A stretch of 64,000 nucleotides of DNA from a virus. The notes under the pieces are model-generated. The model had not been told where the DNA came from. It saw only the letters and a list, made by a program, of their open reading frames with translations, and did not search any database. Numbering within the stretch: position 1 is the first letter of the stretch; each line of letters opens with the position of its first letter. The translations under genes were made by a program, and so were the position numbers. Of this stretch, positions 16,599 to 27,339 are shown piece after piece. Where the stretch lies: positions 1 through 64,000 of IMG/VR virus record IMGVR_UViG_3300044695_003432. One strand, 5' to 3'.

Positions 16599-18356
16599 TT
16601 AGTGAGCGGTAAACCTGCTGACGTTCTTGGCGTACTTCCGCTGGATGCGTTCCCGCCATTCCCTCATCTCGTCGGATTCGACGCTGCTCGGGTCTTTGGG
16701 GGCGGCGGCGTAGGTGTACTTCCACGCTGAGAGGCACCCGGCGAGGGCGTCCACGATGTCGTCGTGTTCGAGGCAACCACGGTCGCTGGAGAGGCGGGAC
16801 ACTTGGGTCTGGAACTCGGGGTTCCCCGCGATGGTGGTGGGGATGACAATGCGGCGCATGGACAGAATCGGTTCGATCGTGTCGATGATGCGGCGTTCCT
16901 TGTGGCCCTGGGCGGACGTGACGGGGATGGTGGTGACGAGGCAGGCGAAACCCCGTGGTTTGTCCGGGCGTTCGTTGGGGCGGCAGAGGAGGCGGTTGAC
17001 GTGGATTTCGAGGGCAGCGCGGTAGGCGTCGCCACCGAAGTTGCGTTCGATGGTGATTTCGCTGGTATTCGTCTCGTAAGCGATCCTGGCGAGCGTGGAG
17101 AGGTTCTCTGACGTGGCACCACCTTGGAGGCCACCCAGACGCCGGAGCCAGTAGAAGCCATTCAGGTGGCTTACAACGGCATAGCCGGTCTTGTCCTTGC
17201 CGGTGCCTGCCGGGTCAATGTGCATTTTCGTCCCGGTAAAGGGGGCGAACTGCGTGGCGGTGACGTGGATGGGGGCGTAGAAGCGGTCTTGGCCGAAGCC
17301 TGCACACTCGATCCCCTCGACGGCGGTGCTGCCGAGGTTGTTGCGGGTGCCCCACGAGAGGCTGATGGGGGCTTCGTCGCCGTCACAGTCGTAGACGATG
17401 AAGTTGGAGAGCTTGAGGGGGTAGCGGTCGGCGTCGCCAAGGGTGCGGACAAGCTGGCACTCGCGGAGCCAATCGGACCGGAGGCGACGGCGGATCGCCA
17501 CGTCCTCGGGCTTGAAGCGTTTGGGGAAGAGGCAATCGCCGGGCTTGTAGACGCCCTCGTCAATCCGCTTGCTGACTAGGGGGGCAAGGCGGAAAGTCTG
17601 CTCGTCGGGCAGGGGGGCGCAGAGGGGATAGGCGTAGATCGGGTGCCCCTCCTTCTCCATCTTGCGGGCGATGGTTTCTTCATGCTTGGGGGTCAGCGTG
17701 AAGATAATTTCTGTCGGGTCACGGGAGCCGCCGTCAGCCTCGGGGATGGACGGGTACAGCCAGTGGATGAACTCGGCACACTGGTTATGCAGACGTTCGC
17801 GGGCCTCGAAGGTGATGGTGTTGGCCTTCGTCTCCACGTCGTCGGCGATGACGGTGTGGGCGCGGTTGTTCTCAAGGTTGCCGCCCACGCCGATCGCGGT
17901 GATGGACGCCTGACGGTCGTGGGTGGATGGGCCAACGTCGAAGGACCGCACGTTGTCACGCCGTCCGGGGGTGGGGCGTAGGTGGCGAAGGAACCAAACG
18001 GTGTCGAGCCAACTGCGGATGAGTAGGGAGGTCTTGAGTGCGGTCGTCTCGGACTTACAGGCGATGACGATCTTGCGGCAGGGGTCGCGGAGTAGACGCC
18101 ACACGGCAACGGCGGCGATGAGGTAGGTCTTGCCAAGGCCGCGCGTGCCGAGAATGACCTTGATGGTTTCGGCGGCGTTGGTGGCGTTGGCGACTAGGTC
18201 CAACTCGAACTCGGACAGCGGGGCGCGGCCCGTGCCGTCCTCTTGCTCGGAGCCGATTTCCAACCACAACTCGCGGACGAAGAACTGGATGTCCTCGTCG
18301 AGTTTGAGGAAGTAGACCTGCTGCTCGTCAGTCAGGCCGGGCGGGATGAATGGCAT
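16599..18356 (-). CDS. Terminase large subunit (T7 gp19-like)
   Basis: RGLGKT, RAHTVIADDVE, HIDPAGTGKDKTG, ERNFGG, EHDDIVDAL. Confidence 0.93.
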   Translation of the reverse strand: MPFIPPGLTDEQQVYFLKLDEDIQFFVRELWLEIGSEQEDGTGRAPLSEFELDLVANATNAAETIKVILGTRGLGKTYLIAAVAVWRLLRDPCRKIVIACKSETTALKTSLLIRSWLDTVWFLRHLRPTPGRRDNVRSFDVGPSTHDRQASITAIGVGGNLENNRAHTVIADDVETKANTITFEARERLHNQCAEFIHWLYPSIPEADGGSRDPTEIIFTLTPKHEETIARKMEKEGHPIYAYPLCAPLPDEQTFRLAPLVSKRIDEGVYKPGDCLFPKRFKPEDVAIRRRLRSDWLRECQLVRTLGDADRYPLKLSNFIVYDCDGDEAPISLSWGTRNNLGSTAVEGIECAGFGQDRFYAPIHVTATQFAPFTGTKMHIDPAGTGKDKTGYAVVSHLNGFYWLRRLGGLQGGATSENLSTLARIAYETNTSEITIERNFGGDAYRAALEIHVNRLLCRPNERPDKPRGFACLVTTIPVTSAQGHKERRIIDTIEPILSMRRIVIPTTIAGNPEFQTQVSRLSSDRGCLEHDDIVDALAGCLSAWKYTYAAAPKDPSSVESDEMREWRERIQRKYAKNVSRFTAH

Positions 18357-18469
18357 GGTTCGTTACGGGGTGCCTAGCAGGAGCATGTCAGCGGCCCACG
18401 GGAATGGGTTGTCCTTAGCAATGTCAGCAATCTCGTCGTCGGGCGTTTCATGCACGCTTACCCCCACGG

Positions 18470-19240
18470 CTAGCGGATGATTTCGTACTGAACGCGAGGC
18501 AGTTCGTTCCCCCACTGGCGGATCAGGCTCAACGCCGTCCCCCATGTCGAGGTGTTGTCTTTCGTGGCGTACCGGGGCTTGGCAGGTCCAAGGTGGCCGG
18601 GGTTGAACATCCACTGCGTGCCGCGTGTGGCGGCGGTGATTTCGACGGGCTGGGGCACAACGACGGTGTGGGTGTGGCCCCGCACGGTGAGAAGGTTGCG
18701 GGGACCGCCCAGGAGCGACCACATCCGCAAGCCTTCAAGACGGTCGGAACCGCGCCCGCTGCCTGCCCCGTGGAAGAAGGCGGCGTTTCCGATTCGGAGG
18801 ATGCCGCGTCGGTCGAGCAAGTAGGGTCGGCGTCGCCAGCGTGCGAATGAAGCGTGCCATTCGGTGTTCTCCGGTCGGATGACTAGATCGCGGGCGATCG
18901 CCTTCGGGTTGGTTGGGTCGATGCGGTACTCGTGGTTGCCGTCCATCCAGTGCCACTGGACGCGGCTGGACCGCTTGCCAAGGGCTTTCTGCAACTGGTC
19001 CGACTGACGGGCCATGCAGCGGTACTCGCTGTAGGCGTCAGCCGCTTCGCTGCGTGGATGCTCCGACGCCCACGAGTAGTCGCCCCAGTCGCCGATGTTG
19101 ACGACGTGGGTGATGTCGTTTCGGTGGCGTCCGGCAAGGTCGAGAACCTTCGACCAGTGCGTATCGCTCGTGAAATGGGCGTGAACGTCTGTGATGGGCA
19201 GGATGCAAATACCCGCCCGTCCGCGTGGCGTGAGGATCAA
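18470..19240 (-). CDS. Calcineurin-like metallophosphoesterase
   Basis: TDVH, IGD, GNHE, FHG, GHTH. Confidence 0.88.
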   Translation of the reverse strand: MILTPRGRAGICILPITDVHAHFTSDTHWSKVLDLAGRHRNDITHVVNIGDWGDYSWASEHPRSEAADAYSEYRCMARQSDQLQKALGKRSSRVQWHWMDGNHEYRIDPTNPKAIARDLVIRPENTEWHASFARWRRRPYLLDRRGILRIGNAAFFHGAGSGRGSDRLEGLRMWSLLGGPRNLLTVRGHTHTVVVPQPVEITAATRGTQWMFNPGHLGPAKPRYATKDNTSTWGTALSLIRQWGNELPRVQYEIIR

Positions 19241-20043
19241 TCGTTGCTTCCCTTACCCACCCGCGATGCAATGTCCATGTACGGCTGGAGCGTGCGGACC
19301 TTCTCAGGCCCGGAGTACCACGCGACCACGCCGTCGCAGCCTTGCGCCTGCAACCAAAGGAACTGGTTCTTCCAGAACGTCGGGCTGATCTGGCCGTAGC
19401 CAGCCGACGGGTGAATCTGAGGACAGACGAACGGGATGATCGGGATGCCGATGCCGTAGGCGTGCGCCAGTCGGCGACACTCCCGAATCTGCCACGAGGC
19501 GAAGTCTTTCCAGTGCTGCTCGTTGGTCGAGTTGACGTAGAGGCTGGGCGCAAGGAAGTCGAGCGATTCAAGAAGTTCCAGCGCGAGGTAGTCGTTGGCG
19601 ATGCGGATGCGACGCAGTTCCATCTGGTCGTTGAGGATGACCGCGTTGAAGGCGTTGTAGCCTGTCGGCAAAATGCCGTACAAGCCCACGGGGGCGTTGT
19701 TGGCACCGGAGCGAACGTCGTTGATCGCGTCGCGGGTGAACGCCAGGTCCGGCGTGATGTCGCGTGCGGTGTCAAGGCGAATGTCAGAACGGAGCGGGCG
19801 GTGAGGCTCGCCGAGGCGGTCGGACTTGCTTTCGATGTTGACGACAACCAACGCGCCGGGCGACAGTGACGGCCACTTGCGGGCCTCTGCCGAGTCGTAG
19901 CGGGAGAGGTCGCGCGCCCCGCCCGTGTTGGGCTTCTCGGCGTAGAACCGCTGCCCGTCCACCAGAACGTCGTGGCACCCGTCGATGGGCTTCCGGGGGA
20001 GGAAGGGACGATCGACGGGGTAGAGGCAGTCGTAGATTTTCAT
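19237..20043 (-). CDS. Putative TIM-barrel glycoside hydrolase (GH56/hyaluronidase-like)
   Basis: VVNIE, PVGLYG, ANDYL...LDFLAPSLY, GCDGVVAW; homologous to 50775-51728. Confidence 0.55.
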   Translation of the reverse strand: MKIYDCLYPVDRPFLPRKPIDGCHDVLVDGQRFYAEKPNTGGARDLSRYDSAEARKWPSLSPGALVVVNIESKSDRLGEPHRPLRSDIRLDTARDITPDLAFTRDAINDVRSGANNAPVGLYGILPTGYNAFNAVILNDQMELRRIRIANDYLALELLESLDFLAPSLYVNSTNEQHWKDFASWQIRECRRLAHAYGIGIPIIPFVCPQIHPSAGYGQISPTFWKNQFLWLQAQGCDGVVAWYSGPEKVRTLQPYMDIASRVGKGSND

Positions 20044-20330
20044 TCGGCGAAGTCCTCGATGGGCTTGGACAGCGCGCCGTCCGTGCCGGTGAGTTTGAGG
20101 TGCTTGTTGACACGCTCGGTCAACTTCCCGGCAGGGGTGTTGTGGACCGGAACGTCGGACACCCCCAGCCGCTTGGCCTCCTCAAGGATGACCTTGAGCA
20201 TCGCGGGGGTAGGGCAGACGCGGATAATCTCGCCGGTCTTCTGGTCGAGCATCTGCTGCCCGTTGTCCAGCACGTCGAGCATCCACTTGTGCGCGCCATC
20301 GGCGAGCTTTTGGCGGGTGTCGTTGCTCAT
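20040..20330 (-). CDS. Terminase small subunit (gp18-like)
   Basis: Size, TPAMLKV motif, position before the large subunit. Confidence 0.65.
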   Translation of the reverse strand: MSNDTRQKLADGAHKWMLDVLDNGQQMLDQKTGEIIRVCPTPAMLKVILEEAKRLGVSDVPVHNTPAGKLTERVNKHLKLTGTDGALSKPIEDFAE

Positions 20331-23300
20331 TCCTTGGGCTTCTCCGGCAAGTTGAGAACATTGCGGGCGAAATACTCGACGCCCTTGGTCAGCGGCTCGT
20401 ACTGGAAGAAGAAGGGGACGCCGCGCGTTGCGGCCATCACGTCCTGTACCGAAATGTCCTCGTCCTCAACGAACGGGCGGCGGATGAGTTTGCCCATTGC
20501 GGGGATTGAGCGGTTGGCAAAGTCCATAACGGGAACCGAGCCAAGTCCGCCGCCTTGGATGCCTGACGCGCGGCCCGGCGCGAACACCGGATCGGCACCA
20601 ACGAAACCAGCCGCACCGTCAACCACCATCGGAATCACTGACGAATAGGACGTGCGACCAATCGCCATCGTCCACGCCTTGCCGTTGCCAAGACGTTCCT
20701 CGCGGTATTCCTCGGCGTCGGGGCGACCGAGCGACTTGAGGTACACCATCATGTTGTAGAGGACGTATGAGTAGATCGTGCCCGCCACAAAGCGTTGAGT
20801 AAGGCGAGCGGCGGCAACCGCCTTGTCGCCCTCCATGAACGAGAACGCGGCACGGCCCCACTTGGCGTCGCCCGCGAACAGCATGAAGTCGCGGAACTGG
20901 AACAGGAACCGCCCGAGTTCGTTGTTGGACAACCACGAACGAGCCTCGCCCGTTGGGTTGGTAAAGCCCGCGTCAAGGGCGGACCACATGCCAGCCTCGA
21001 ACGTAGAGAACGCCTCGGCAGACCATTTGTCTTGATTGAGAACGAGGTACTTGCGGCCATTGCTGCCGGTGATCGACTCGACGTGCGGGCGTCCCGCAGA
21101 TGCAATCGTGTCCCACTGCGCGTCTGTCCAACCAAACTCGCGGAGCAGGGCAGCGTTGGGCTTCTTTCCGCTCAGAATCCACTCGCCGACGCGGTGCTGC
21201 ATCTCGTCGCCCATGACGCGATAGAAATAGTCCTGCGTCTGCTGCGCACCCGTGACGCGAGAGCCGAATCGACCAATAGAGGCAACGGCGTTCTCGGCTT
21301 TGCCAAGGGCGGCGTCAATGCCGCTGATCGGCGTTTCCATGACGTGCGTGCGTTCGGAAATCCACGACGCGCCACGGCCCGTCATAAACTCGAACATCCG
21401 CGCGTTCTTGTTCGAGAGCGTGCCGTCCGCGATGCGGTCGGTCAGCTCTGACACGGCGGGAACAACAGACTTTGCCGCCGTGCTGATGTCGGTTACGAGG
21501 TGGGTGATCGGCTCGCCCGCGTTGGTCATGGTGTAGTAGTGCGAAGAAAGCAGCGTGCTTCGGAGCGCGCTACGGGCCATGCGGCCCACGCGAACGAGGT
21601 AGTGGTACTTCGGATCGGTCACGCGAGGGATGCCCACGGCCATGCGGTACATGTCCTCGATGCGGGCGATTTCCCATTCAATCTGCGTGCTGGTCTGGCC
21701 CTGCTGCTTGCCGGTGTATTGCAGATACGCCTTGAGGTCGTCGAAGGTCTTGAGTTGGACCCCGTTCTCCTTCGACAGACGCCGCATGAGTTCCTTGTGA
21801 ACAACGCTGCCGTGGGCACGCCGAATCTGCTTCTTGCCAAGGGCGGCAATGTCGTTCTCTAGCAAGTCCTCGATGGCAAGTTTCTCGCCTCGCGCGGTGA
21901 CGTGGACGTAGGTTTCGTCGATGTCGATGCGGTCGCGGAGAGCGGTGGGCTTGCCCTTGTTCGCACGCCGAGCCTCAACGCGCTCGCGGAACAACTTGAC
22001 CAACGCTTCCTTCTCGCCCTGATCCGTCATCGTCTTGAGGACGACTTCGAGTTCGCCGTCCAGCATGTCAAGGCCAGGGTGCCGGTACTCGTGGCTTCCG
22101 CCGTTCTTGCGAATGTAACTGGCAACCATCGCGGCAATCTCGGGCGGATCGTCGGGGTTGGCGTTTTTGTACGCCTGTGCCAGAGCCTTGAGAACTTCGG
22201 CAGGGCCAATGTCCTTGTCGGCCTGACGCATCTTCCACTGAATCCACTCGCGTAGAACGTGGTTCTGCGTCTTGGTCGTGTCGGCACCTTCGAGGCCGTG
22301 CTTGAACATGACCGCCGCGCTCGGGTCGCTGGCACCCTTGCTGTACGCCTCGACGCCCTCCTTCATGCCGGGGATGTTCTCGTATTCGGCGTACTTGGGC
22401 GTTCCAAACCGACGCTTGGCCTTGGCAACCGCTTCCTTGAAATCGGTTTCGCTGAGTTGCCCGCCCTGCTTCTTGTGAATCTCGAAGGCGTTGAGCAACC
22501 GCGTCTGATACACGTTGTCCATGCCAGCCGAGTGATACTCGGCCCACTTGATACCAGCGGTCTTGACGCCGACCAGCTCGCCGGTGCGGGCGTTGACGCG
22601 GGCGAAGTCGAAGCCAAGCACGTTGGCGGCGATGCGGGCGATTGGATTTCTGCTCGCGCTCGCCACGACGTTCATCGCGCGGGCGGTCGTCCACTTGCGA
22701 AGGCCAGCCGCCCACGGCACTTCGTCGCCGATGTTGTGGACGATGAACATGCCCGCTTCGAGGTTGGGCAGTTTGGTCGTAGTGCCGGGATCGCCGACAA
22801 ACGCCGGGTCGTTGGCCGAAGCCGCACCCATCGCCGGAGCGGGCGGGTTGGCTGCATCGGCGAGAGCGTCGGTCGCGGCGGTCAGGCGGGCGTCGAATCG
22901 AGCGTTCTGATTTTGGGCGACAATCTCATCCGATGTCAACGCCTCCACGTCTGGCGGCAGGTCGTCGTCCACCGACTCGACCATCTCCAGCACGCCAGCA
23001 CGCTTGGCCTCCATCCGCTTGCGGGAGAAGGTGTAGCCGAACTCATTGGCAAACTTACGGGTGAAGTTGGCTTCGAGCGTGGCCTTCAACTCGTCCACAG
23101 TCAGGCCGAGCGTGTCGGCGAACAGTGGGTCAAGGTCGTCGGCATCCACAATGTCAACGCGGCGACCGTCCGTGACGGCCCGCTTGTTGGCAACGCGGGC
23201 GTCGCTCGCGTCAATCGCCTGTGCCTGCAACTCGGACGCACCGGGGAACAGGCGGTCGAGCGCGTCGATGCGGGCCTGCTCCTGCGCGTCGAGCTTCTGC

Positions 23301-24664
23301 AAGCCCGTGATAGCCGACTGGCGGCGAGTAACTTGCGGGGCATCTGGCTGCTTGATCGGCGCGAACTTGAGCGGATTGGGCGATGTGTCGGGGACGTTGA
23401 GTGTCCCGCCGAACGCGGCCAGGCGTTCCGTTGCCGCCGAGCGTCCTGCGAACGTCGTGTCGAGGACTTCGCCAAACTGTGCGTATCGGCCCTGTGCGGC
23501 ACGCTGCAACGCCGGAGCGTCTTCGATGTCCGCAAACACCATCGCTTCGGCGGCGTCTCGCGGGGCGATCGTGGGGCCAAACTCCGCAAGCCGTCCACGG
23601 GCGAGAGCGGCGCGGGGATCGGGCGGGGCGGTGTAGTAGTCCTTGAGTGACGCAAACCCGCCCGGAGAAGTAATGTCGTCAAGCGTGGTGTACGTCATGG
23701 ACACCATCGGCTTGTCCATGAGGCCCGTAGCGGGTGCGGGCTTGCGATTGAGAACGCCAAGGATGGCGTCCACAACCGTTGCCCGGTCGTGAATCTCCCG
23801 CATCGCGGCTTCGGCGAGTTGCTGAACCTTGGGGTCCGGCGTGGGTGCGCCGGGCGGACGCAAACGCGCCTCGGCCAGTCCGCCAAGTCCGCCGAACGTA
23901 CCGCCGAACAACAGGGCCGCGCTGCTCCCGAGAATGATTTCGTTGCGGTCCATGCCGCTCAAGCCGCCAACGACGGGGAAGGGCAGGGCCGAACCGATGC
24001 CGACGCCCGCGCCGACGCGAACGAATCCGCCGCCAGCACGCGAACCAATGGCACCGCCGACCGTTCCGCCGAACGCCGACAAGCCCGCAAGGGCCACGTC
24101 CGCGCCGCGAATGTCGGGGTTGACCGACGCACGGAACGCCTCCATGCCCACGGCAGGAACGCCCGCCATGAATCCGGCTCTGGCGTAACTCGCCATGCGA
24201 GCCGCACGGGTTGCGCCAACCGCGCTACCAAGTCCGCCCGACAGCGCGCCGATGATGGCCTGCTCGGGAAGTTCCGCCACCACGCGGGCGAACACGCCGC
24301 TCCAACCAGCCTGCTCAAGCGTCCGCCGCCGATCCATCTTCGAGAGGTTGTCAACGTAGAGGCTGTAGAGGTGGTCCGCGCTGACGGCGTTCTCGTACTT
24401 GTACCAGAGGTCTTCGTCGATGCCATCGGTCACGGCGTCGATGTCCGTCCGCTTGGGCGACCAGTTGGGGTCGGCAGGGAACGACGGAACAAGCGCGGCG
24501 TTCGCGGCTTCGCTCAGGAAGTTCTCTCGCCATCCAGCCGGGAACGCGCCAAAGAAGCCAACGGACTCGGCCTGTTCCGACGCCGGACGCGGTGCGGCGG
24601 GGTCGGTCGTAACGAGGTCGATCGGATTGACGCGATCGTACCCGAGAAGGTTTGTGCGGCTCAT
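20327..24664 (-). CDS. Internal virion/ejection protein (gp16-like)
   Basis: About 1445 aa, last of three ejection genes; LGRFLFQFRDF motif. Confidence 0.75.
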   Translation of the reverse strand: MSRTNLLGYDRVNPIDLVTTDPAAPRPASEQAESVGFFGAFPAGWRENFLSEAANAALVPSFPADPNWSPKRTDIDAVTDGIDEDLWYKYENAVSADHLYSLYVDNLSKMDRRRTLEQAGWSGVFARVVAELPEQAIIGALSGGLGSAVGATRAARMASYARAGFMAGVPAVGMEAFRASVNPDIRGADVALAGLSAFGGTVGGAIGSRAGGGFVRVGAGVGIGSALPFPVVGGLSGMDRNEIILGSSAALLFGGTFGGLGGLAEARLRPPGAPTPDPKVQQLAEAAMREIHDRATVVDAILGVLNRKPAPATGLMDKPMVSMTYTTLDDITSPGGFASLKDYYTAPPDPRAALARGRLAEFGPTIAPRDAAEAMVFADIEDAPALQRAAQGRYAQFGEVLDTTFAGRSAATERLAAFGGTLNVPDTSPNPLKFAPIKQPDAPQVTRRQSAITGLQKLDAQEQARIDALDRLFPGASELQAQAIDASDARVANKRAVTDGRRVDIVDADDLDPLFADTLGLTVDELKATLEANFTRKFANEFGYTFSRKRMEAKRAGVLEMVESVDDDLPPDVEALTSDEIVAQNQNARFDARLTAATDALADAANPPAPAMGAASANDPAFVGDPGTTTKLPNLEAGMFIVHNIGDEVPWAAGLRKWTTARAMNVVASASRNPIARIAANVLGFDFARVNARTGELVGVKTAGIKWAEYHSAGMDNVYQTRLLNAFEIHKKQGGQLSETDFKEAVAKAKRRFGTPKYAEYENIPGMKEGVEAYSKGASDPSAAVMFKHGLEGADTTKTQNHVLREWIQWKMRQADKDIGPAEVLKALAQAYKNANPDDPPEIAAMVASYIRKNGGSHEYRHPGLDMLDGELEVVLKTMTDQGEKEALVKLFRERVEARRANKGKPTALRDRIDIDETYVHVTARGEKLAIEDLLENDIAALGKKQIRRAHGSVVHKELMRRLSKENGVQLKTFDDLKAYLQYTGKQQGQTSTQIEWEIARIEDMYRMAVGIPRVTDPKYHYLVRVGRMARSALRSTLLSSHYYTMTNAGEPITHLVTDISTAAKSVVPAVSELTDRIADGTLSNKNARMFEFMTGRGASWISERTHVMETPISGIDAALGKAENAVASIGRFGSRVTGAQQTQDYFYRVMGDEMQHRVGEWILSGKKPNAALLREFGWTDAQWDTIASAGRPHVESITGSNGRKYLVLNQDKWSAEAFSTFEAGMWSALDAGFTNPTGEARSWLSNNELGRFLFQFRDFMLFAGDAKWGRAAFSFMEGDKAVAAARLTQRFVAGTIYSYVLYNMMVYLKSLGRPDAEEYREERLGNGKAWTMAIGRTSYSSVIPMVVDGAAGFVGADPVFAPGRASGIQGGGLGSVPVMDFANRSIPAMGKLIRRPFVEDEDISVQDVMAATRGVPFFFQYEPLTKGVEYFARNVLNLPEKPKE

Positions 24665-26817
24665 TAGTATGGGTTGATAACGCTGCGCTCGTACTCGATC
24701 AGGGCGTTGTCGGCAGTGCGGGTTTCCCGCGACTTGATGCCGGAGTCGATGCGGTCCTTGCCAGCATCTTGACGACGCTTCTTGTCTTCCTCGAAGCGGG
24801 CAATCAGGCCCGCCGAGGTGTAAGTAAACCGACGATCCGGGTCCGCCGCCGGGAGGCCACGCTTGCGGACGGACCACAGATCGTCGCGTCCGGGCACCAA
24901 CTCGAACGCGAAGTCGTCCGTGTCGGCACCGCTCTCGCCGACGTATTCGTTGATGATCGACATGGACAACTGCTCGAAGTTGTCGCGGAGCGGGGGCGTC
25001 AAGCCCTTGGCGTCCATGTTGACGTACGCGCCGTTGATGAGCTTGGTAGACGCCTTGATTTCCTCTGCGGCTTCGGACACCGCAAGGTCAGCGGGCATCC
25101 CAAAATCCGCCTTGGCTTCGGCGATGGCGCGGAGGCGTTCCAAGACCTGATGGCTGTTGCGGCTGGAAGTGTCAAGGCCGAGAGTGTTGCGTCCAGCCCT
25201 CTCCACAACCTTGTCGAACACCTGCTTGCGACGGAACGCCTGCACGTCCTCGGACACCGAAGCACCCTCGACCGCAAGCCGGATGGCAACGGCGGGGTCG
25301 CCACCGGCCACCTTCATGTTGTCAAGTGCCGCGTCAAGGAAACGCCGCGTCTTCGGGTCGGTCACGCCGCGTGCCCAATTCGGATCGCGTTCCCGAATCT
25401 CTTTCCATGTGTTGAGCGCGTTCATCGTCGCCGGGGAAGGCTGACCGCCCGTGGCGACTCGCCCCGCCTGACTCACACCGATCTTGAGTTCGCGGTCAAA
25501 CTCCGGCGGATACACGCCGTTCTCACGGGACCAGTCAATCACGCGCGGGAGCCGCGTCATCATGTCGCTGGTTGCGTCGATGCGGCTGAGTTCCGCTTCC
25601 ATCACCCGCTTCTGCGTTTCCTCGCCGGAAACCTTGACCGTACCGCCAGAGGGCAGTTCGAGTTCTTCGTCAACGATCGACGCAAGGGGAACGCCCGCCT
25701 GCACGCGAGACTGCACGCCTTCGATGTAGCCCCTAGTGACGTACTCCTTCTCGGCACGCTGGACGTGCGGGAGGATGCGGTCGTACACGTCAGGGTCGGA
25801 CGTGGCGAGCGACGCAAGGCTGTCGGTGTACGGGGTGCCGGACTGTGCGGCTGCGATGATCGACGCGCCCTGCTGCATAGCCGCGTCCTTGCGAACGGCA
25901 TCGGCGCGGTTGTCGATGATGTCTCGCCACTGGTCGGCCCGACCGGGTGCCAACTGCTGATTTTCGTTGAGAGCGTCCACTGCCGATCGCACGGCGTCAA
26001 GCGGCATCCCGTTATCCAACATGCCGAGGATCATGGCGTTAGCCTGCTCGTACTGGTCGGACTGACGGGAGAGTTTCGCCGCTTCCAGCCGCGCGCGAAG
26101 CGGGTCAACGTCCGTGGCAAACGTGCCTTCGGGAAGTGCGGACGCCAGCCGGGCAAACACTTTTTCGTTCCCCGTCGCCGCCGCCGTCTTCAACCCCGGC
26201 AGAATCACGCCCGCGTAGACCTGCTGCTCGGTGATTCCGGGCAACGCACGCGCGCCCGCAAGAGCCTCGTCAACATCTCCGTTGTACGCCATCTCGCCAA
26301 AGCCATTCATCGCCTCGGCGTTCTTGACGTTCTGACGCTGGCCGAGCTTGACGCGAGCCATGTCAGCAATCTTGTCGGTCGCGTTCTTGCGGTACGCCTG
26401 CTTCCACGCTTCGCTCTTGCTGGCGTACTGCGTCTCGATCTGGGCTTCTACAAGGCTGCTCGCGTACTCGGACGGCTTCACGCCATCGGGAATGACGTTG
26501 GGGTCTTCGTCGAAACTCCGGGCCACGTCGATGTTGTCGAGACTGGACCGATTGAACGCCTCGCCCTTGTCGGATACTTCCTGCCGCGACCGTTCCTCGG
26601 CACTGACCTGCCCCGCCGCCTGCGTGACCTGACCGACAAGCCCGAACGCCTGCCGGAGTTCCGCAAGGTCGTTGCCCTGGTCAATCGCACCGACAGCCGG
26701 GACGTTGAACACCTGCAACGAATCGGTCTGGATCGCGTTCTGCAACTGCTGGCCGTTGAGGAACGCGCCTCCGGGCCGTGCGCCGCGAAGGAGGGGAGCC
26801 GGGGAGAACTGTGTCAT
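24664..26817 (-). CDS. Internal virion/ejection protein (gp15-like)
   Basis: 717 aa helical protein; gene order. Confidence 0.7.
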   Translation of the reverse strand: MTQFSPAPLLRGARPGGAFLNGQQLQNAIQTDSLQVFNVPAVGAIDQGNDLAELRQAFGLVGQVTQAAGQVSAEERSRQEVSDKGEAFNRSSLDNIDVARSFDEDPNVIPDGVKPSEYASSLVEAQIETQYASKSEAWKQAYRKNATDKIADMARVKLGQRQNVKNAEAMNGFGEMAYNGDVDEALAGARALPGITEQQVYAGVILPGLKTAAATGNEKVFARLASALPEGTFATDVDPLRARLEAAKLSRQSDQYEQANAMILGMLDNGMPLDAVRSAVDALNENQQLAPGRADQWRDIIDNRADAVRKDAAMQQGASIIAAAQSGTPYTDSLASLATSDPDVYDRILPHVQRAEKEYVTRGYIEGVQSRVQAGVPLASIVDEELELPSGGTVKVSGEETQKRVMEAELSRIDATSDMMTRLPRVIDWSRENGVYPPEFDRELKIGVSQAGRVATGGQPSPATMNALNTWKEIRERDPNWARGVTDPKTRRFLDAALDNMKVAGGDPAVAIRLAVEGASVSEDVQAFRRKQVFDKVVERAGRNTLGLDTSSRNSHQVLERLRAIAEAKADFGMPADLAVSEAAEEIKASTKLINGAYVNMDAKGLTPPLRDNFEQLSMSIINEYVGESGADTDDFAFELVPGRDDLWSVRKRGLPAADPDRRFTYTSAGLIARFEEDKKRRQDAGKDRIDSGIKSRETRTADNALIEYERSVINPY

Positions 26818-26820
26818 GTG

Positions 26821-27339
26821 TTATGAGCCGTAGGGGAACCGATCGACCTTGGGCTTGTCGGGGAACAGTTGGTTGTAACCCTGACCGATCTGCAAGCCCG
26901 TACTCGCCCCACCCAACGCACCTTTCAGGCCCGCCAGCACGGGACTCTGGTAGTTGGCGAACAACTGGTCGATGCTGCTCTGCGTGCCGAGCCGGACCTG
27001 CTGCAAGGCGTTGCTGTAGTTCGTCTCGGTCGAGCGGTTGGCACGGGCGAAACTGCCGTCAATGCTGAACCCGAGGGCGTCGGTAGACGTGCCAACGCCA
27101 CTCGCGCCACGATCAGCCGCCGACGCGAGAAGGCGACCACGAAGGGCTGCGGCTTCTCGGCGGTTCTGGTCTAACTGTTGCGACCGGCGTTCGGCCAACT
27201 GCTGCGCCTGCAAGCGGGCCGCGTCCTGCGTGTTATCCGCTTGCTTGCGGATTGAGCGATTCCGAGACTCGGCCTCGCCAGCCGCGAGGATTCCGCCAAG
27301 CAGCGCGCCGCCGCCAGCAATAGCCGCCACAGCACCCAT
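26821..27339 (-). CDS. Internal virion protein (gp14-like)
   Basis: Hydrophobic Gly/Ala-rich N-terminus, Q/A-rich coil, GASGVGTS. Confidence 0.75.
   Translation of the reverse strand: MGAVAAIAGGGALLGGILAAGEAESRNRSIRKQADNTQDAARLQAQQLAERRSQQLDQNRREAAALRGRLLASAADRGASGVGTSTDALGFSIDGSFARANRSTETNYSNALQQVRLGTQSSIDQLFANYQSPVLAGLKGALGGASTGLQIGQGYNQLFPDKPKVDRFPYGS

Noticed and set aside
20795-26826. Long plus-strand ORFs (for example 22259-23650, 24652-26826; also 52387-54033)
   Set aside because: Antisense shadows of well-supported minus-strand genes in GC-rich DNA, with no recognisable motifs.
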